Assembly: GCA_951406725.2 (NCBI GenBank)
Contig: OX597831.1
Location: 41,478,001 to 41,542,000 of the forward strand
Source: Octopus vulgaris
Lineage: Eukaryota
DNA length: 64,000 nucleotides
Direction of reading: 5' to 3'
Each line of letters opens with the position of its first letter. Positions within the stretch are counted from its first letter, which is position 1. Both the position numbers and the translations under genes were made by a program. The notes under the pieces are model-generated. The model saw nothing but the letters and a program-made list of their open reading frames with translations. It did not search any database and had not been told where the DNA came from. Of this stretch, positions 1 to 14,672 are shown piece by piece.

Positions 1-524
1 ACTCTCACACGCATTCAAGCACACACGCTCTATACATGTACATATATGTACACTCGCCCACACATACAAACACATGTATATACACATTCCCTCACACATA
101 TACAAACACAAACTGTATATGCACATTCCCACACACACACACGCACACAAATACACACGCACACAAATACACGCTATACATATAGACGTCCCATACGCAT
201 ATATAAACATACATTCACACATGTTTATATGTGTATATTCATAAAAGTGTGTGCACTGTATACACAAAATGCACCTGTCACACACACACACACACACACA
301 CACATCACACTCTCTCACACACACACATACATATATATATATACACAAAAATGCACATGTATACAGACACACATATATATATATACACATTCATGTATAA
401 AAAATGCACACACACACATATACAAATACAAACACATACAGAAAAACAAACAAATGTCCATACATACATACAGACATACAAACACATGCTCAAACAGACG
501 TACACAAATGCACATGTTCATTTG

Positions 525-577
<53 letters not shown>

Positions 578-953
578 TCACTTAAAATTCATAAAATATA
601 TAAAAAAAACAGCATTGAAGTGTACATGCATACTGATGTGTTTACACATATGCATACGTACATACATACTCATACATATACACACAAACATGCATACATA
701 TACCCATATATGTACATGCATATATATATATACACACATACACTGCCATTCATATATTGACACACAAGCCTTAAAACATATAAACACTGAATTCCATACA
801 TACACATTCATACACATATACATATACATACATGTTCCTATGCTTGCACATTAACACACACACATATGTACACACACCTTTGCAAGAGCTGACTTGGAGA
901 TGCACATAGACAAACCTGTACAGACGTGTTCATTTGCAGTTACATGCACACAC

Positions 954-1008
<55 letters not shown>

Positions 1009-1148
1009 TCACACACACTAAATACAGACACAAATGTACATGCATATACACACCTGCAAATGTATAGTCAGGTAAACACACACACAAACGCATACACTCA
1101 TACACACTTGCAAATGTTTATACAGGTAAACTAACACACCCACACTAA

Positions 1149-1219
<71 letters not shown>

Positions 1220-1283
1220 AACATAAATGCATCTTTGCAGTGACTGACTTATGTGCAAACATGTATGGCCTCGTACACATGCA

Positions 1284-1330
<47 letters not shown>

Positions 1331-1862
1331 ATACACACACATCTTTGCAAGGGCCGACATGCAGACACATGCCTACAAACATATACAGGTTTAAACACGT
1401 GCAGGTTTACTCTTTCTCTCTCACACACACACACAAATGTACACACAAACACACACATGTATATGTACATACACACATACATACGCACTCAGAGTCTTTG
1501 ATGAAGTATAACTCATTATGCTATTGTTACCAATTGAGGGAAATGAGAGGTGAAAAAACAGAAAACAAGGTGAATTGGTGTGTGATGGAAATATTAATGA
1601 TGATTGTAGGGGAGGTGCTGATGATTGTGCTTATGATGATGATGATGATGATGATGATGATGGTGATGAGGGAGGGTAGAGGTCATATGGATAGTGACAG
1701 TGGTGGTGGTGTTAGTGGGCGTGTTGGTGGCTGTGATGATGGTTGTGGTGTTGGTGACAGTGATGATGGTGGTGGTGGTGGTGGTGGTGGTAGTGGTGAT
1801 GATGCTTGCAGCAACAGTGTTGGGGATGATGGTAGTGTTGGTGGTGATGATGATGCTGCTGG

Positions 1863-1896
<34 letters not shown>

Positions 1897-2510
1897 GGTG
1901 GTGTTGATGCTTGCGGCAACAGGGCTGGGGCTGATGGTGGTGGTAGTGGTGATGATGATGATGACGACGACAACAATGACGATGATGATGGTGATGGTGG
2001 TGGTGGTTGTGGTAGTGTTAGTGATGATAATGGTAGTGTTGGCAACGATAGTGATGGTGTTGGTTATGAAGGTGATGTTCGTGATGGTGATAGTGGTTGT
2101 GGTTTTGGTGGTGATGGTGGTGGTGGTGGTGCTGCTGCTGCTAGCAGTGGTTGTTGATGGTTGCGATAATGGTGGTATGGGCGATAGTATTGATGACAAT
2201 GATGGTGGTGATGGTATTCATAGCAGGTGATGGTGGTGGTCATATGCATATGGTGATGTTGTTGATGATAGTGATGGTGATGGCTGCAAAGGTGGTGGCA
2301 TATAAAGTTGCTGTTGGTGATGATGATGATGATGATGACGGTGGTTAATGACCACCATATGTATAAGATAGTGTTGATGAAAGTGTTAATGATGATGACG
2401 ATGATGGTGATGGTGATGTTGATGATGATGGTGATGGTGATGGTGATGGTGATGGTGACTGATGATGATGATGGTGATGGTGGTCGTGGTCGTAGTCGTG
2501 GTGATGGTGG
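1..2510. repeat. Degenerate (CA)n/(TA)n field followed by a (GAT/GGT)n trinucleotide field
   Basis: Direct inspection; source of the spurious His/Thr and Gly/Asp ORFs. Confidence 0.95.
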
Positions 2511-3028
2511 ATTTTGCTGGAACTACGCTAACTTTGGTACTGGAAACTTACTCCATCAAAACCTCCGATAAAAATAGACCAAAATCAATAAAGATGATAT
2601 GCGATGATGGACTCTCCACCTTACACGCCCTCTCCCACTCCCCGCCCCATACACTGCTGATTCTCACAATTCTTTCTTTTTTTCCTTCTTTCATTTTCTT
2701 CACCTTTTTTCCTTGCCTTGTTGGTTTTTTTTGTTTTGTTTTTATATTATATATTTTATTATATATTTTATTTATATCTGTTTCACTGTTTGGTAGTCAT
2801 GGTAGTGGTGGTGGAGGTGGTGGCGGAAGTGGTGGTGGTGGTGGTGGTAGTAGTAGTAGTGGTGGCAGTTTCTTTCTTTGTCTTGGTTAATGCATATCGT
2901 ATCATAGATATCATATTGTATCATATATAACATATAAATATCCTATAGTACATATATTATATCATACTGTATTATATCATATATGGCATGTTATGTATAT
3001 GTATATGTGTATATATACATATATTTGT

Positions 3029-3125
<97 letters not shown>

Positions 3126-3312
3126 GTGACAATTATTCAGTTGCCATGTTAAAACTCCGAGTTTCGGATGCCAGGGTTTTATCATCGCTACCGAATAATT
3201 GTCACATATTATATTTACATATAAATTCCTCTATTTACATAATATCGAGGTCTCTTTCATTCTTTTGTTGTCTTACTATTGCTATCTGTGTGTATGTGTG
3301 TGTGTGTGTGTT

Positions 3313-3366
<54 letters not shown>

Positions 3367-3998
3367 AAATTCAAATCACAATGAACATAAACAAACAAAG
3401 TATATCAAAGAATAGGGGTCGATTTGTTTGACTAAAAGGCAGTGCTCCATCATGGCTGTAGTCAAATGTCTGAAACAAATAAAAGAATATATATACAGTT
3501 CAGATTTACAGAAAACAAATGAGAAAGACAAGTGAGAGAAGAACAAGCAGGTGTATTAGTTTGACACTCAGGGAGAATGGAAAGGTCTTTGACATTTTGA
3601 GCCTACGCTCTTCAACAGAAAGGATTAAGAGGAAAAAAAAATGAAAAGAGAAGAAAATGTGTAGGGATTAACAGTTCAGCATGATGAACTGTTAGTAATA
3701 ATCCATGAATGGAATTTATAAGTGTTTTAATGCATTGCTACATGCATTTCCACAAATCACATGTCTTAAAATCAAAGTCCACATTCCTGGGATGATTAAA
3801 ACACAATCCGTGGTATCCATGGACATTGAGTGGATTATAGTTCATGCGTTCATTTCATCAAGCAATATAGCATTAAAAGTGGAAGCAATGAATGTATAAC
3901 TGAAAGATGTTTATCGATTTTCACCAATCAAAAGATTTATTGGGGTATGTAGGTAGTTTTGTGTGTATATGGTAAGGAATCCTTTTTTTTTTACCAAA

Positions 3999-4410
3999 GG
4001 TGCAGGAGTGGCTGTGTGGTAAGAAGCTTGTTTACCAACCACATGGTTCCAGGTTCAGTCCCACTGCATGGCACCTCGGGCAAGTGTCTTCTACTATAGC
4101 CTCGGGCCGACCAAAGCCTTGTGAGTGGATTTGGTAGATGGAAACTGAAAGAAGCCCGTCGTATGTATGTATATATATATATATGCGTGTGTGTGTTTGT
4201 GTGTCTGTGTTTGTCCTCCTAGCATTGCTCGACAACCAATGCTAGTGTGTTTATGTCCCCGTTACTTAGCGGTTCGGCAAAAGAGACTGATAGAATAAGT
4301 ACTGGGCTTACAAAAGAATAAGTCCTGGGGTCGAGTTGCTCGATTAAAGGCGGTGACCAGCATGGCCGCAGTCAAATGACTGAAACAAGTAAAAGAGTAA
4401 AAGAGTAAAG
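3999..4410 (+). mobile_element. tRNA-derived SINE family A, full length
   Basis: Head GGAGTGGCTGTGTGGTAAG...GGTTCAGTCCC (A/B-box-like), central microsatellite, tail CAAATGACTGAAACAAGTAAAAGA. Other copies at ~8655-8840, 12375-12915, 20530-20690, 21339-21780, 25095-25390, 26665-27065, 28935-29085, 40255-40690, 54090-54235, 61357-61780. Confidence 0.8.
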
Positions 4411-5135
4411 AGTAAAGGCAAAAGGCCTGAAATTTTAAGGGAGTTAGGGTGCTAGTTGATTACATTGACCTCAGTACTCAACTGGTATGTATTTTCTCAC
4501 AAATATGTATCAGTTGACTGAATGAGTAAAAGGCAAGTGACCTCAGTGGAATTTGAACCCAGAATGTAAAGATGGATGAAATACTGCTAAGCATTTTGTC
4601 TGCCACACTAGCAATTCTGCCTACTCACTGCCTTCATGTCATGTTATAAATATAACATCATAATATATATATATAAATTCAATGACCAGCACCTGTGCCT
4701 GTGGAGCACTAAGAGCACAATCCGAGCGTGATCACTGCCAGAGCAGCTGACTGGCTTCTGTGCTGGTGGGACGTAAAAAGCACCATTCAAAAGTGATTGT
4801 TATCAGCATCGCCTTACTGGCACCTGTACCAGTGGCACATGAAAAAACATTCGAGTGAGGTTGTTGCCAGTGCTGCTGGACTGGTTCCCATGCAAGTGGC
4901 ATGTAAAAAACACCACTTGAGTGTGACCGATGCCAGTACCCCCTGGCACGTAAAAGCACCCACTACACTCTCAGAGTGGTTGGCGCTAGGAAGGGTATCA
5001 AGCTGTAGAAACTCTGCCAGATCAAATTGGAGCCTGGTGCAGCCATCTGGTTCACCGGTCCTCAGTCAAATCGTCCAACCCATGCAAGCATGGAAAGTGG
5101 ACATTAAATGATAATGATAATGATGATGAAATGTA

Positions 5136-5197
<62 letters not shown>

Positions 5198-5300
5198 TAG
5201 TGCTCTTCTTTTTTTTTTTGCTTCTATATACCTTCTGGAGGAGTTACCTCAATCCTATAAAATATTACCAAAAATGAAGTAGATTGACAAGTTTATTTTT

Positions 5301-5339
5301 TGAACCTGTGGAAGGCACACGATGCTGAAATATCATTCA
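5301..5339 (+). ncRNA. Decayed hammerhead relic
   Basis: TGAAC-CTGTGGA-A-GGCA(CACGA)TGCT-GAAA-TA-TC-ATTCA; consistent with CpG decay plus A6>T of TGAAC-CTGAGGA-A-GGCA...TGCC-GAAA-CG-TC-GTTCA. Confidence 0.45.
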
Positions 5340-5788
5340 CTTGATAACATTGGCACTCTTCTTTTTTTTTGCTTCAATTATTATTATTTTTATTATTATT
5401 ATTATTATTATTATTAATAATTAATTAATTAATAAATTAATAATTAATTAATTAATTAATTTATTTATTTATTTAAAACAGTTTGTTTCATCCCCATGCA
5501 ACTTAGAATTTTGTTGGCTCATTATGGGAACCTAGATCATCAGGCATGGGCCACAGAATGCGGAGATGCATGAGGCCGGATATGTCTGTTTTAAATAATA
5601 ATATGTGTAACTCTTACTAAATGGTGTTAAGCACCATTTTTCATTTGTCTACTTGTGTGTGTATGTGTACGTGTTTGTAGAAAAGTAGATAGATATAGTA
5701 CACATACATATATATACATATGTACACACACACACACACACATATATCTTTATATATCTATGTATATGTATTTATATATGTATGTGCA

Positions 5789-5828
<40 letters not shown>

Positions 5829-6068
5829 TATATATATTTTAATATTTGACATGAGCAACAGAGTGACTCAAGCACTGAGAGTTTCATGCATTAGCATTTA
5901 TCAAACTTAATGATATGAGCCAACGCATGAGACTCTTAGTCCTTGAGTCACTCTGTTGCTTCTGTTAAGTATTAATAAAAATATACATACACTCATATAT
6001 TAAGTTCTATTTTTCCTCTTTGCATCACCATACCTGTACATACATACATACATACATACATACATACA

Positions 6069-6129
<61 letters not shown>

Positions 6130-6213
6130 TTCATGCTATTATGCCAAATATCATATTTCATATATTTCATATATATTATTTATCATATTATATCACATAC
6201 ATAACAATACCTG

Positions 6214-6275
<62 letters not shown>

Positions 6276-6600
6276 TCATGCTATTATGTCATATATTATA
6301 TATCATATATTGCATATATTATATATTATATATATCATGTTATATCACATACATAACATTGTAATATCTGATGTATTTGTATATAGTATTTGCCTCATAT
6401 AATATTATAATGCATCATGTCATATCTTATCATATATATATACTATACATCACATACCTTATCATATTATATTGTATATCATTGCATTAAATCTTTCTGT
6501 ATTACTTTCATCCCTTCTGTTTCTCAGATAATTTTTTTCTCTTTGTCTCGGTCTACTTGTTCTGTCTGTCCATCCGTATATCCTTCAGTCTATCCAATTG

Positions 6601-6652
<52 letters not shown>

Positions 6653-6770
6653 CCTCTCCTCTCTCTCTCTCTCTCTGTCTATATCCAGATACAGATACAT
6701 ATATGTGTGCTGTACAAGCAAGTTGGTGTACATTACCACATTAGTAAGTATATATATGTATATGTGTGTA

Positions 6771-6804
<34 letters not shown>

Positions 6805-6903
6805 ATATCATATATATATATATCATTATATATATATATATCATTTTATATATATATATATACACATACATATATATATATATGCACATACATATATATA
6901 CAT

Positions 6904-6935
<32 letters not shown>

Positions 6936-6996
6936 GCATATATATATATATATGTATGTGTATATATATATATATATAATGATATATATATATATA

Positions 6997-7105
<109 letters not shown>

Positions 7106-7806
7106 AAATACACAGCCACACATATTCATGTCTGTGTCTTATTCCTCTTCTTTCTCTGATTGTTTCCCTTTCTTTTCTTTCTTTGATATTTATTTGTTTT
7201 TTTTTGTGTTTCTTTCTTCCCCATTCATCTTTTTCTTTTTTTTTTACCTTTATTCCTTTCAGGTAATCTGTTTGTAGTTATTCATTGTTAGAATCTCTGA
7301 CTTCTGTTTACATTTCAGCTTTTCATTCGTTCATTCATTCATCATCCTCCTCATCATCATTCTCGTCATTGTCATCATCATCACTACCACCATCACCATC
7401 TCCATAATCTTCGCATTTACTGCATCGAGCATCATTTATCATCACAACATCTTTCCTTATCATTGTCACATTATCATCAACATCATCATCATCATCATCA
7501 TCCACATCATTATTGCATTCTCCATCATCACTATCATTTGATATGATGATGATGATAATGATGATGATGAAGATGGTGATGATAGTAGTGATGGGGCTAG
7601 TGGTGGTGATGATGATGGGCATTGTTGTCCTTGCAGCTATCACTTGGTATTGCTCTCATTGTCCTCACATCGCATGTCTGCCCTCTTGTTTGCCTTACAA
7701 AAATGAATAGCTAAAATGTGTGTGTGTGTGTGTGTGTGGGTGCATGCATGTAGTTTTGAACATGCTTTTACATGCATGTATGCATGCATGCAAACTGATG
7801 TATGTT

Positions 7807-7837
<31 letters not shown>

Positions 7838-8393
7838 CATCATCATCATCATCGTTTAACGTCCGTTTTCCGCGCTAGCACGGGTTGGATGGTTCGACCG
7901 GGGTCTGGGGAGCCAGGGGCTGCTCCAGGCTCCAGTCTGATCTGGCAGTATTTCTACAGCTGGATGCCCTTCCTAATGCCAACCACTCCGCGAGTGTAGT
8001 GGGTGCTTTTTACGTGCCACCTGCACAGGTGCCAGAGGGGTCTGGCATCGGCCATGATCGGTTGGTGCTTTTTATGTGCCACCGGCACAGAAGCCAGTCG
8101 AGGCGGTGCTGGCATCGGCCACGTTCGGATGGTGCTTTTTATTTATATATATATATATATATATATTATATAATGGCCTCTCCTGTCATTAGACGACGTA
8201 TGAGGGTTCAACAATTTCTTACCGAACAATCACACAGATGATTTGTTTATAGCAATCAAATGTTTGTGTAGACATAAGCTCACTCCCTCCATCAGATTGA
8301 CATTACCTGTACAGGTGCAACTGGGTGCCACATGTCAGATGTGGAAATGATCGCAGAGCAACGTGAAATGAAGTGCTTTGCTCAAGAATACAA

Positions 8394-8447
<54 letters not shown>

Positions 8448-8517
8448 ACTACATGTGAATCATTGGTGATTTTTTTTCCTCTGTCTTCCTTTTCTCTTGG
8501 ACTTTCCTCTATCTCCT

Positions 8518-8552
8518 GTTTCTGAAGAAGAGCTTTGCTTGAAACGTAAAAC
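8518..8552 (+). ncRNA. Minimal hammerhead ribozyme, same family as 53151-53185
   Basis: GTTT-CTGAAGA-A-GAGC(TTT)GCTT-GAAA-CG-TA-AAAC; flanks 8450-8635 resemble the reverse complement of 53050-53255. Confidence 0.72.
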
Positions 8553-9107
8553 CCATCTTTGTTTCCTTCCTTGAGCGTCTTTTAATACTTTGTATGTACC
8601 ACATACTCATGTTGTTCTTTCCTGTGTTTTTTCTTCACAGACACACAAACATATACACACACATACATATATATGACGGGCTTCCTTCAGTTTCCATCCA
8701 GCAAATCCACTCACAAGGCTTTGGTTGGCCCGAGGCTATAGTAGAAGACACTTGCCCAAGGTACCACGCAGTGGTAATGAACCCAGAACCATGTGGTTGG
8801 TAAGCAAGCTACTTACCACACAGCCACTCCTGTGCCTATATCTAATATATATATATATATATTTGTGTATATATATATATATATATATATGTAAATGTTG
8901 AATGAGGAGAATGAGGGCTCAACACCACATTGGTGGATAGATTTTCTTTATTTGCATATGACGGCTACCATTGGTTTCATGTTAAGAAAAATATCTTAAT
9001 ATCTTAGCAATTTTTCAGTCTGATCACATGGAGGAATGGCATTTGTCTCCATTTTGGATGAAAACACAAAGTCTTCTGAATTCACATATATGTGCATTTG
9101 CATGTGT

Positions 9108-9163
<56 letters not shown>

Positions 9164-9335
9164 TCATGTGCACACACACACACACACATATGCTACATCC
9201 ACACACATACACATGAATATACACATGTAGATACAAGGAGAGGGAGTGAAAGAGAGATACAGGCATTACAATTTGTTATTTGAACACTTTCTCTCTTCTC
9301 ATACACATCAAGAGAAAGATGTTTGTACACACATT

Positions 9336-9371
<36 letters not shown>

Positions 9372-9509
9372 GGGAGGGAGGGAGGGAGAGAGGTGAGACA
9401 CCGAGTGAAACATTAAAACGTTTGATGTCGAATAAGTCAGTGTTGAATCAACGACGCCGAATAGGCGGTGCCAAAAGGTCTTGTTTCCTTGTAACTATTA
9501 TCTTAATCA

Positions 9510-10311
9510 TTGTTGACATCATCTTCGTCTTCATCATCATCATCATCACCGTCATGGTCATCACCACCACTACCATGACTATCATCATCACCATTGCCAT
9601 CATCATCGCCACCATCATCGTCATTGCCATCTTCATCATCACCATTGCCATCATCATCTTTACCATCGCCATATTCATCATCACCACCATCACCATTGCC
9701 ATTATTATTGCCATCATCGCCACAGCCACAATCATCATCATCCTCATCATCATCATCATCCTCATCATCATCATCACTGCCATCATCACCATCATTATCA
9801 TCATCACCACCACCACCACCGCTGCCACCACCACCACCGCTGCCACCTCCGCTGACACCACCACCACCACTGCCACCACCACCGCTGTCACCACTACCAC
9901 CACCACCACCACCATCATCATCATCCCCATCATTGCCGTCATCACCATCATTATCACTATCATCATCACCACCACCATCATAATCACCACCATCATAGTC
10001 ATCTCTGTCACTATCAATAAAATCTCTGTCCATTTGTATACCATTTGTATCGCAGCTTTTCTTCAAGTTTTAAATTTGACTTCTGTAGTTATCACAACTG
10101 CCCCCCACCCTCACACTACCACTATGATTTCTATAATTATAGTAATTATCCCCCACTGCTATCATTTTCCCCACCCTACCCCACTCCTGACATTGTCACA
10201 ACTACCATTTCCTCCCCTCGTCTGATTAAGGGGTATCAAAGCCTTAACCAAACTTTACCATGACTACCACAACCACCACAACCACCACCATATATATCAA
10301 AACTCCCACCA

Positions 10312-10357
<46 letters not shown>

Positions 10358-10457
10358 GCTACAACCACCACTACCACCACCAACAGCACTACCTCAACCC
10401 CAACAACATTGATAACACCACCACAACATCATCACTTGTATGAAAACCTCCACCATA

Positions 10458-10536
<79 letters not shown>

Positions 10537-10764
10537 ATAATAATAATAATAATAATACCACCACCACCACTACCACAACCACAACAAGAATGATGACACC
10601 ACTACAACATCATAACTTGTATGAAAACCTCCACCATAACTACTACTACTACTACTACTACTACTAATAATAATAATAATACCACCACCACCACTACCAC
10701 AACCACAACAAGAATGATGACACCACTACAACATCATAACTTGTATGAAAACCTCCACCATAAC

Positions 10765-10800
<36 letters not shown>

Positions 10801-10865
10801 CACCACCACCACTACTACTACTATTACTACTCCTGCTGCTGCTACCACCACCACCACCACCACCT
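9510..10865. repeat. (CAT/CAC/TAC)n field including a three-copy tandem unit TGTATGAAAACCTCCACCATAAC(TAC)n
   Basis: Unit starts near 10437, 10618 and 10742. Confidence 0.9.
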
Positions 10866-12573
10866 CACGGATCTCTGCATCACTTTTTTTTTTTATTAAA
10901 AGTCTATTTAATAGTATCATTTTGTAGATAAGTAGATGTTGTTGTTTAGCCCTAGGTCAGCTCTGACTAGGCAGACCTATGATTAAAAGTATTTCTGCTA
11001 TGGCCATTATGTTTTTTTTTTTTTTTAAGGGAGTATCATGTGGAGGCACATGGCTGAGTGGTTAGAGTGTTGCACTGATTACAATAAGATTGTGTTTTCG
11101 ATTCCTAAATCAGGCAGTGCATTGTGTTCTTGAGCAGAACACTTCATTTCGTGCTGCCCCAGTCCACTCAGCTGTAAAATGAGTTCCAACAATACCTGGA
11201 AAGTTGGCCCCATAAATGACTTGCATCCCATTCAGGGACAGAGTGTTGTAATGTCATTCTTTTAGATGGCATGGAAAATGGGTTAAGCTCCAGTGTTATG
11301 AAATCTAAGGCTCATAACATTCCTAGATAGACTTAGATCTAAGGCTCAGCCTTAAATCTATCTGGGGCTACATAATCTAATGCTTTTTTCTTTTTTGTAA
11401 AGACTGTAAAGTGTGATTGAGGGAGATTTGGCTACTGTATCTAGCAAATCTAGAGACCAGGTAAAGGCTCCCTACACTGCCTTCAGTTGCCTCTTCTCTC
11501 AATATGTTTAGTTGGTTAAATGTGGTGAGTTTACTAGGTTAATCTTCTGGGTGCGTTTACAGGGTATGTTTGTTGGGTATGTTTACTGGGTGGAGAAGAG
11601 TAGAAACAGGAAATCATCCATTAACATCCATTATCAGGGTTAATGAATGTTAGAGAATAAAGAAATTTTTAAAAGCCAAGAAAATTATAAAGGTTAAGTA
11701 ATTGTTTGAGCTCCTTAATGTGGAAGTACAATATTGTGTGTGTGTGTGTATGTGTATGTGTGTGTGTGTCTGTTAATATGTATATGTTTATGTGTAGGTT
11801 TCCATGTGCAAATAACATGTAGAGTTATTGTCTCGTTTCAATTTACAAACATTACTGCAGCTTTAACTGTCATTTCAAAGTGATTTATTAATTTCACTGG
11901 TTCGCATGGGTGTGTATATCTAGGACTCAATTATCCTACATATTCTTCAGGCATAGAGTATCTAGGACTACATTATCTAATGTCCTTTTGTTTTTGTTTT
12001 TCTTTTTACAAAATGGTAGGTGCGAGCTTGGCTGTGAGATTAGTGAGATTAATTAGTAAGACTAATTAGTGCATTAGGCCAATTTGATTTGATTTTGATT
12101 TACTTGACTCAATAGGTCTCCTCAAGCATGGAATGTTGCTTGAAAAGTCAAAGGTACTTTTTAAATGGTTTAGTTATGCAACACTGGTGTAGGCTATGGC
12201 TGTGATCTCACTTTTCTTGCCGGGTCTTCTCAATCATAGCATATCTCAATCACAGCATATATATATATCTAACCCATTTAAAAATTACCTTTGACTTTTC
12301 AAGCAACATTCCATGCTTGAGGAGACCTATTGAGTCAAGTAAATCAAAATCAAAATCAAATCAAATTGGTCTCTTTTTTCGAACTGCTAATTTATGGGGA
12401 CATAAACACACCAACATTGGTTGTCAAGCGATGGTAGGGGGACAAACACAGATATAGAAACATATACATATATATATATATTATTAAAAAGCAGCAAAAA
12501 TATCAGAAAAACTGTTACTCAGAGTTTCATGTTCTCATTTCTTAGACAGTTTTGTTTAGAATTCTAAGCAAAA

Positions 12574-12611
12574 CTGTCTGATGATTGGGAACGTGAAACT
12601 CAGAGTAACGG
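12574..12611 (+). ncRNA. Hammerhead-like motif (decayed stem II) with a degenerate inverted twin at 12512-12549
   Basis: CTGT-CTGATGA-TTG(GGAA)CGT-GAAA-CTCAGAG-TA-ACGG; minus-strand twin CTGT-CTAAGAA-ATG(AGAA)CAT-GAAA-CTCTGAG-TA-ACAG. Confidence 0.55.
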
Positions 12612-12708
12612 TTTTTGTGGTGTTTTTGCTGCTTTTTAATAAACCATATTAATCTACCTCTGGTAATTGAGTACTATTTTTTCCACCTTGTTTCACATTT
12701 ATCTGTTT

Positions 12709-12751
<43 letters not shown>

Positions 12752-13430
12752 AAACTTCTTTCAGTTTCTATCTACCAAATCCACTCACAAGGCTTTGGTT
12801 GGCCCGAGGCTATAGTAGAAGACACTTGCCCAAGGTGCAACGCAGTGAGACTGAACCCAGAACTATGTGGTTGGTAAGCAAGCTTCTTACCACACAGCCA
12901 CTTCTGTGCCTACATATATATATATATATTATTTTGCTTAAGCATAGTAATACTAATAATCTGGTATTAGAACTCAATATACACATGCTTCAGCACAAAG
13001 CATCAGTTGAGTACAGAGCAATGATGAGAAAGTAAAATGAGAAGGGAATAAGAAATTGTGTCATGAGCTTCATTAGCTTATAGCTGTTTCGGCTATAAGA
13101 TGCAATGCCCCCATAGCTGAGTGCTTGAGTATCACCCTATAGCTTCCCTGTATATGTGTATACACTCCCCCACCACACGTCTGTGAGTGTGTCTATATGT
13201 TTGAGTCTGTGTTTGTCTGTCCACTGCATGAATGCTGGTGTTGGTTTGTTTACATCCCTGCATCATAGTAGTTTGGCAAATAAGGCCTATAGAATAAGTA
13301 CCAGACTTAAAAATTAAAAAAAGCAATAATTTAAAATTTTATTTGATTTCCTTGTCTAAACCCTTTAAGATGGTGCTCCAGCAAGGCTACAGTCCAACAT
13401 CTATAACTAGTAAAAGAATAAAGGATAAAG

Positions 13431-13499
<69 letters not shown>

Positions 13500-13829
13500 C
13501 ATATACATACAAATTGAGATAGGGGTTGTAAATTCAACCCTCCATGGGATAACATATATCCAATATACTGCTAGTGAATTACCCAACAAAGTTAATACAT
13601 AAATGTTAAGAATTGCGATGCAATTAATTCCTTTACTGTATTACATGGGCAAAGGTAAAATTATTTTTACCATAAATTAATAATACAAAATCAGAAAATG
13701 GAGAAATACATCTAAATCATTAATCAACTATCAGATAATACCCAATCACATACTTAATTGAGCCAGTGATTGGGTATTATCTGATAGTTGATTAATGATT
13801 TAGATGTATTTCTCCATTTTCTGATTTTG

Positions 13830-13860
<31 letters not shown>

Positions 13861-13976
13861 GAGAGTTTGAAAATGCAATTTTAAAGATGTTTATTCACTT
13901 ACATCTTTAAAATTGCATTTTCAAACCTTCTTTCATATATATTTCCACTCGTGTGGTACCTTACAACTTCACTTTG

Positions 13977-14022
<46 letters not shown>

Positions 14023-14672
14023 CCTGAACAGTGCATGGACTACATTTTCTAGTTGCTTCTACTGATAAACTATGTTTTTAGTTCAAGCTTTTATCTGAAA
14101 CTCTTGTCTTCTGTCAGTCTGCCAGGGTCCCTCCTGTATATTTTTTCTTGCATACCATTGAATACACACACATAGAGAAAACTTTGATTTAGTCAGTAGT
14201 TCAAAGATAATTTGGGGGTCCCTTTTACACATAGCCCTTTGAACTCAACAACTAATTGAAGCTGAAACAAAAAATACGGGCGAAACAAAAAAAGAGAGGA
14301 GGGTGGTCCTTTTTTCTTTTATAAACTCTAGATATTAAAACCTGAAGTGTTAAATTCAGCAAAGGAGAACATTATTATGTGATTGTTTAGTTTAGTGTTT
14401 CTTGAATCTTTTTTTTATTTTTGATTCTGCGTCAGATTGGAGATCAAATAAAAAATAATTTACGAGTGCACTTCATGTGGGAAGTTATAAAAAAACTATT
14501 GATGCATCTCACATGGGAGAATACAAAGAACTATGTAAGGAAGTTTAAAATTTAGGAGCGAAAAAAAAAAAAGAAGAAAGAAACAGAAAAAGAAATAAAC
14601 TATTTCTCACCTTGTTTTGTTAATCACCAAAGATCTATGCCTGCATCTATATATCTATATGTAATTTCTGTG

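Noticed and set aside
1240-2230. Long Gly/Asp-, Val/Met- and Thr/Ile-rich ORFs (also 9422-10225, 38269-39168, 51447-51936)
   Set aside because: Open in several frames on both strands because trinucleotide and dinucleotide repeats lack stops; no domain or splice support.
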